Positions 61,921-64,000 of a DNA stretch of 64,000 nucleotides are shown here, piece by piece. The translations under genes and the position numbers were made by a program. The stretch lies in NCBI GenBank assembly GCA_041670165.1, contig JBAXZR010000004.1, positions 6,918-70,917 on the forward strand. The letters are read 5' to 3'. The DNA comes from Clostridia bacterium (GTDB taxonomy: Bacteria > Bacillota > Clostridia > Christensenellales > UBA1242). The notes under the pieces were generated by a model. That model worked only from the letters and a program-made list of their open reading frames with translations, ran no database searches and was not told the DNA's origin. Positions within the stretch are counted from its first letter, which is position 1. The number at the start of each line of letters is the position of its first letter.

Positions 61921-63093
61921 ATGGACGAAAGACTTGTTAAACTTGCAAAAAACATTGTTGACCAAAGCCTTATGATAACTTCAAAAGAAGGGCTTTATGT
62001 TTCAATTAGAGGTGAAGATCAAAAGCCTCTTGGTGATGCTGTTAAAGACTATGCTGAATCAAAAGGTATATTCGTAACTTATAAATATCAATCAATTCAA
62101 GAGTATTTTGATTTTTGGGATAATGCCACTCCAGAAATGGTTGAAAAACTTATTAAGGAAGAAAGTGCACTTATGGCTCAACCTTGCGAAGCCGTTTTTC
62201 TTGCAAGAGATTCTCAACTTAAAAACTTTCCTGATGCTCAAAAAAAATTACTAGATCATTACTTTCATGAAGTACATCAAAATATTAGACTTAAAAAAAG
62301 ATGGTGCTTAACAATTGTGCCAACTGTGAGAGAAGCTGAAAGCAAAAATCTTAATTATCATGACATGCTTAACACATATCTTAATGCTTGTGCAATTGAT
62401 TATTCAATTTTGGATAAAGCAATGGATAATTTGGTTAAGTATATGAACAAAGCTGATAAAGTTAAAATCAAGGCTCATGGTACAAATTTGGAGTTTAGCA
62501 TCAAAGGCTTGCCAGCAATTAAATGTATAGGAAAAAGAAATTTGCCAGATGGAGAACTTTATACTGCTCCTGTTAAAAACAGTGTTAATGGTTACATCAC
62601 ATACAATATCCCTTCTTATGAAAATGGAATCATTTTTAAAAATGTGTTCCTTGAATTTGAAAATGGAAAAATTATTAATGCAACAAGTAATCACACAAAA
62701 GAAATGAATAAACTTTTTGACACCGATGAGGGTGCAAGATTCGTAGGTGAATTTTCATTTGGACTTAACCCGCTCATAAAATCTCCACAAAATTCAATTC
62801 TTTATGATGAAAAAATTAGCGGAAGCATTCATTTTACCCCTGGGGATAGTTATGAAAGATGCGATAATGGAAACCATTCCGCTCTTCATTGGGATCTTGT
62901 ACAAATTCAAACACCAGAATATGGCGGCGGTGAAATTTGGTTTGATGACATTTTGATTAGAAGAAACGGCTTATTTGTTCCGAAAGACCTTGAAATTTTA
63001 AATCCAAAATCACTTTTGAAAACAATGGGTATTATAACTGAGGAGAAAAACGAAACTTCTAAAAAATATAATGAATATGTAAGTAATCGATAA
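61921..63093 (+). CDS. Aminopeptidase, M29 (AmpS/PepS) family
   Basis: NLPDGELYTAP, GARFVGEF, LYDEKI.GSIHF..G.SY, N.SALHWDLV; ATG 61921 after AAGGAG. Confidence 0.93.
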   Translation: MDERLVKLAKNIVDQSLMITSKEGLYVSIRGEDQKPLGDAVKDYAESKGIFVTYKYQSIQEYFDFWDNATPEMVEKLIKEESALMAQPCEAVFLARDSQLKNFPDAQKKLLDHYFHEVHQNIRLKKRWCLTIVPTVREAESKNLNYHDMLNTYLNACAIDYSILDKAMDNLVKYMNKADKVKIKAHGTNLEFSIKGLPAIKCIGKRNLPDGELYTAPVKNSVNGYITYNIPSYENGIIFKNVFLEFENGKIINATSNHTKEMNKLFDTDEGARFVGEFSFGLNPLIKSPQNSILYDEKISGSIHFTPGDSYERCDNGNHSALHWDLVQIQTPEYGGGEIWFDDILIRRNGLFVPKDLEILNPKSLLKTMGIITEEKNETSKKYNEYVSNR

Positions 63094-63262
63094 TCTTCAT
63101 AAAAATTTTTCATTATAATAAAAAATATTATTTTAGTTTAATTCAGTTCTTTAAATAATGTAGACTTAATTTAAATATATTTTAAAATAAGTTATTATTT
63201 TAAAAAAATAATTTTCACAAATGATTTTAAAACAAATTGGACTAACAGCTGAAATATATAAT

Positions 63263-63293
63263 AAAAAGGTTTTGATTTTCAAAAACCTTTTTT
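63263..63293. terminator. Terminator-like hairpin
   Basis: AAAAAGGTTTTGA...TCAAAAACCTTTTT. Confidence 0.65.
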
Positions 63294-63384
63294 ATTTAAA
63301 AAAGTGCAAATATTATTTGTAATTGACAAATAATATGATATAGTGCTTAGTCAATAATAAATATGTAATGAAAAAGGAAATTTT

Positions 63385-64000
63385 ATGTGGGATTTAATTT
63401 TAGATGCATTTGTTGATACAATAAAAATTATGCCAATATTATATTTGGTATATTTGCTGGTTTCATATGTAAGTCATAACAATAACGAAAAATTTGGTAA
63501 ATTTATGAAGAAAACTCAAAAAGCAGGACCATTTATGGGAGCTGTGTTAGGTGTTGTTCCTCAATGCGGTTTTTCTGGAGTAATGGCAGATTTATACTCA
63601 AAAAAATCAATTACACTTGGAACTCTTATTGCAGTTTTTGTTGCAACAAGTGATGAGGCAATTCCAATTATGCTTGCAATGCCAGAAAGTTATTTGTCAT
63701 TGTTGTCATTAATTTTGATTAAATTTGCTTCAGCTATTATTTTTGGTTTTGTTATTGATATAATAATTTCATTGATAGAAAGAAACAAGTTGCAAGTTTT
63801 GGAAATGAAAAATAAAACAGTTTCAAAAGAAAAACACAATCATTGTGAGTGCGAACATTGTTGTGCTGACAACATTTTTTGGGGAGCTTTTGTTCATACA
63901 ATAAAAATATCTATATTTTTGTTCATTGCATCTTTCATTATAAATCTAATTATATTTTGGGTTGGGCTAGATGCATTAACTGCAACCCTTAACACAAACA
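63385..64000 (+). CDS. Putative metal (Mn/As) transporter permease, DUF2899/ArsP-like; runs off the window (not in ORF track)
   Basis: Manual translation MWDLILDAFVDTIKIMP...GAVLGVVPQCGFS...LY....ITLGTLIAVFVATSDEAIPIML...HNHCECEHCC. Confidence 0.8.
   Translation, partial: MWDLILDAFVDTIKIMPILYLVYLLVSYVSHNNNEKFGKFMKKTQKAGPFMGAVLGVVPQCGFSGVMADLYSKKSITLGTLIAVFVATSDEAIPIMLAMPESYLSLLSLILIKFASAIIFGFVIDIIISLIERNKLQVLEMKNKTVSKEKHNHCECEHCCADNIFWGAFVHTIKISIFLFIASFIINLIIFWVGLDALTATLNTN

Overview
This is a 64-kb chromosomal window from a low-GC, apparently spore-forming Clostridia-like bacterium. The core content is the str operon (rpsL-rpsG-fusA-tuf, 6716-11183) and the complete S10-spc-alpha ribosomal cluster (rpsJ to rplQ, 29716-45707, including a 38-aa rpmJ missing from the ORF track). 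The two are separated by about 18.5 kb holding addBA, a cytidine deaminase, an ADP-ribosylglycohydrolase and several uncharacterised genes. Other housekeeping genes are tmk, a DegV protein, fhs, a YhfW-like oxidoreductase, an M29 aminopeptidase and a tRNA-Ser(UGA). Five regions stand out. (1) A membrane-anchored coiled-coil protein with Tyr/Gly/Asp repeats and five AT-hooks lies directly behind a ~500-bp, ~5% GC tract. (2) A degenerate full-length tRNA-Ser(UGA) copy with an intact anticodon loop sits just upstream of a foreign-looking HEPN-motif gene. (3) A tRNA-Ser integration hotspot carries a palindromic element that rebuilds a tRNA-like acceptor stem, integrase-arm-like repeats, and an IS3 remnant with a passenger gene. 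(4) A coupled operon encodes a PurA-like tail, a nucleoside kinase, a J-domain pseudokinase and a vWA protein. (5) There is a superoxide-reductase/HicB-like fusion and several apparently leaderless genes. I saw no CRISPR array, rRNA, intact transposase or integrase. All family assignments come from motif recognition by eye, not database searches.
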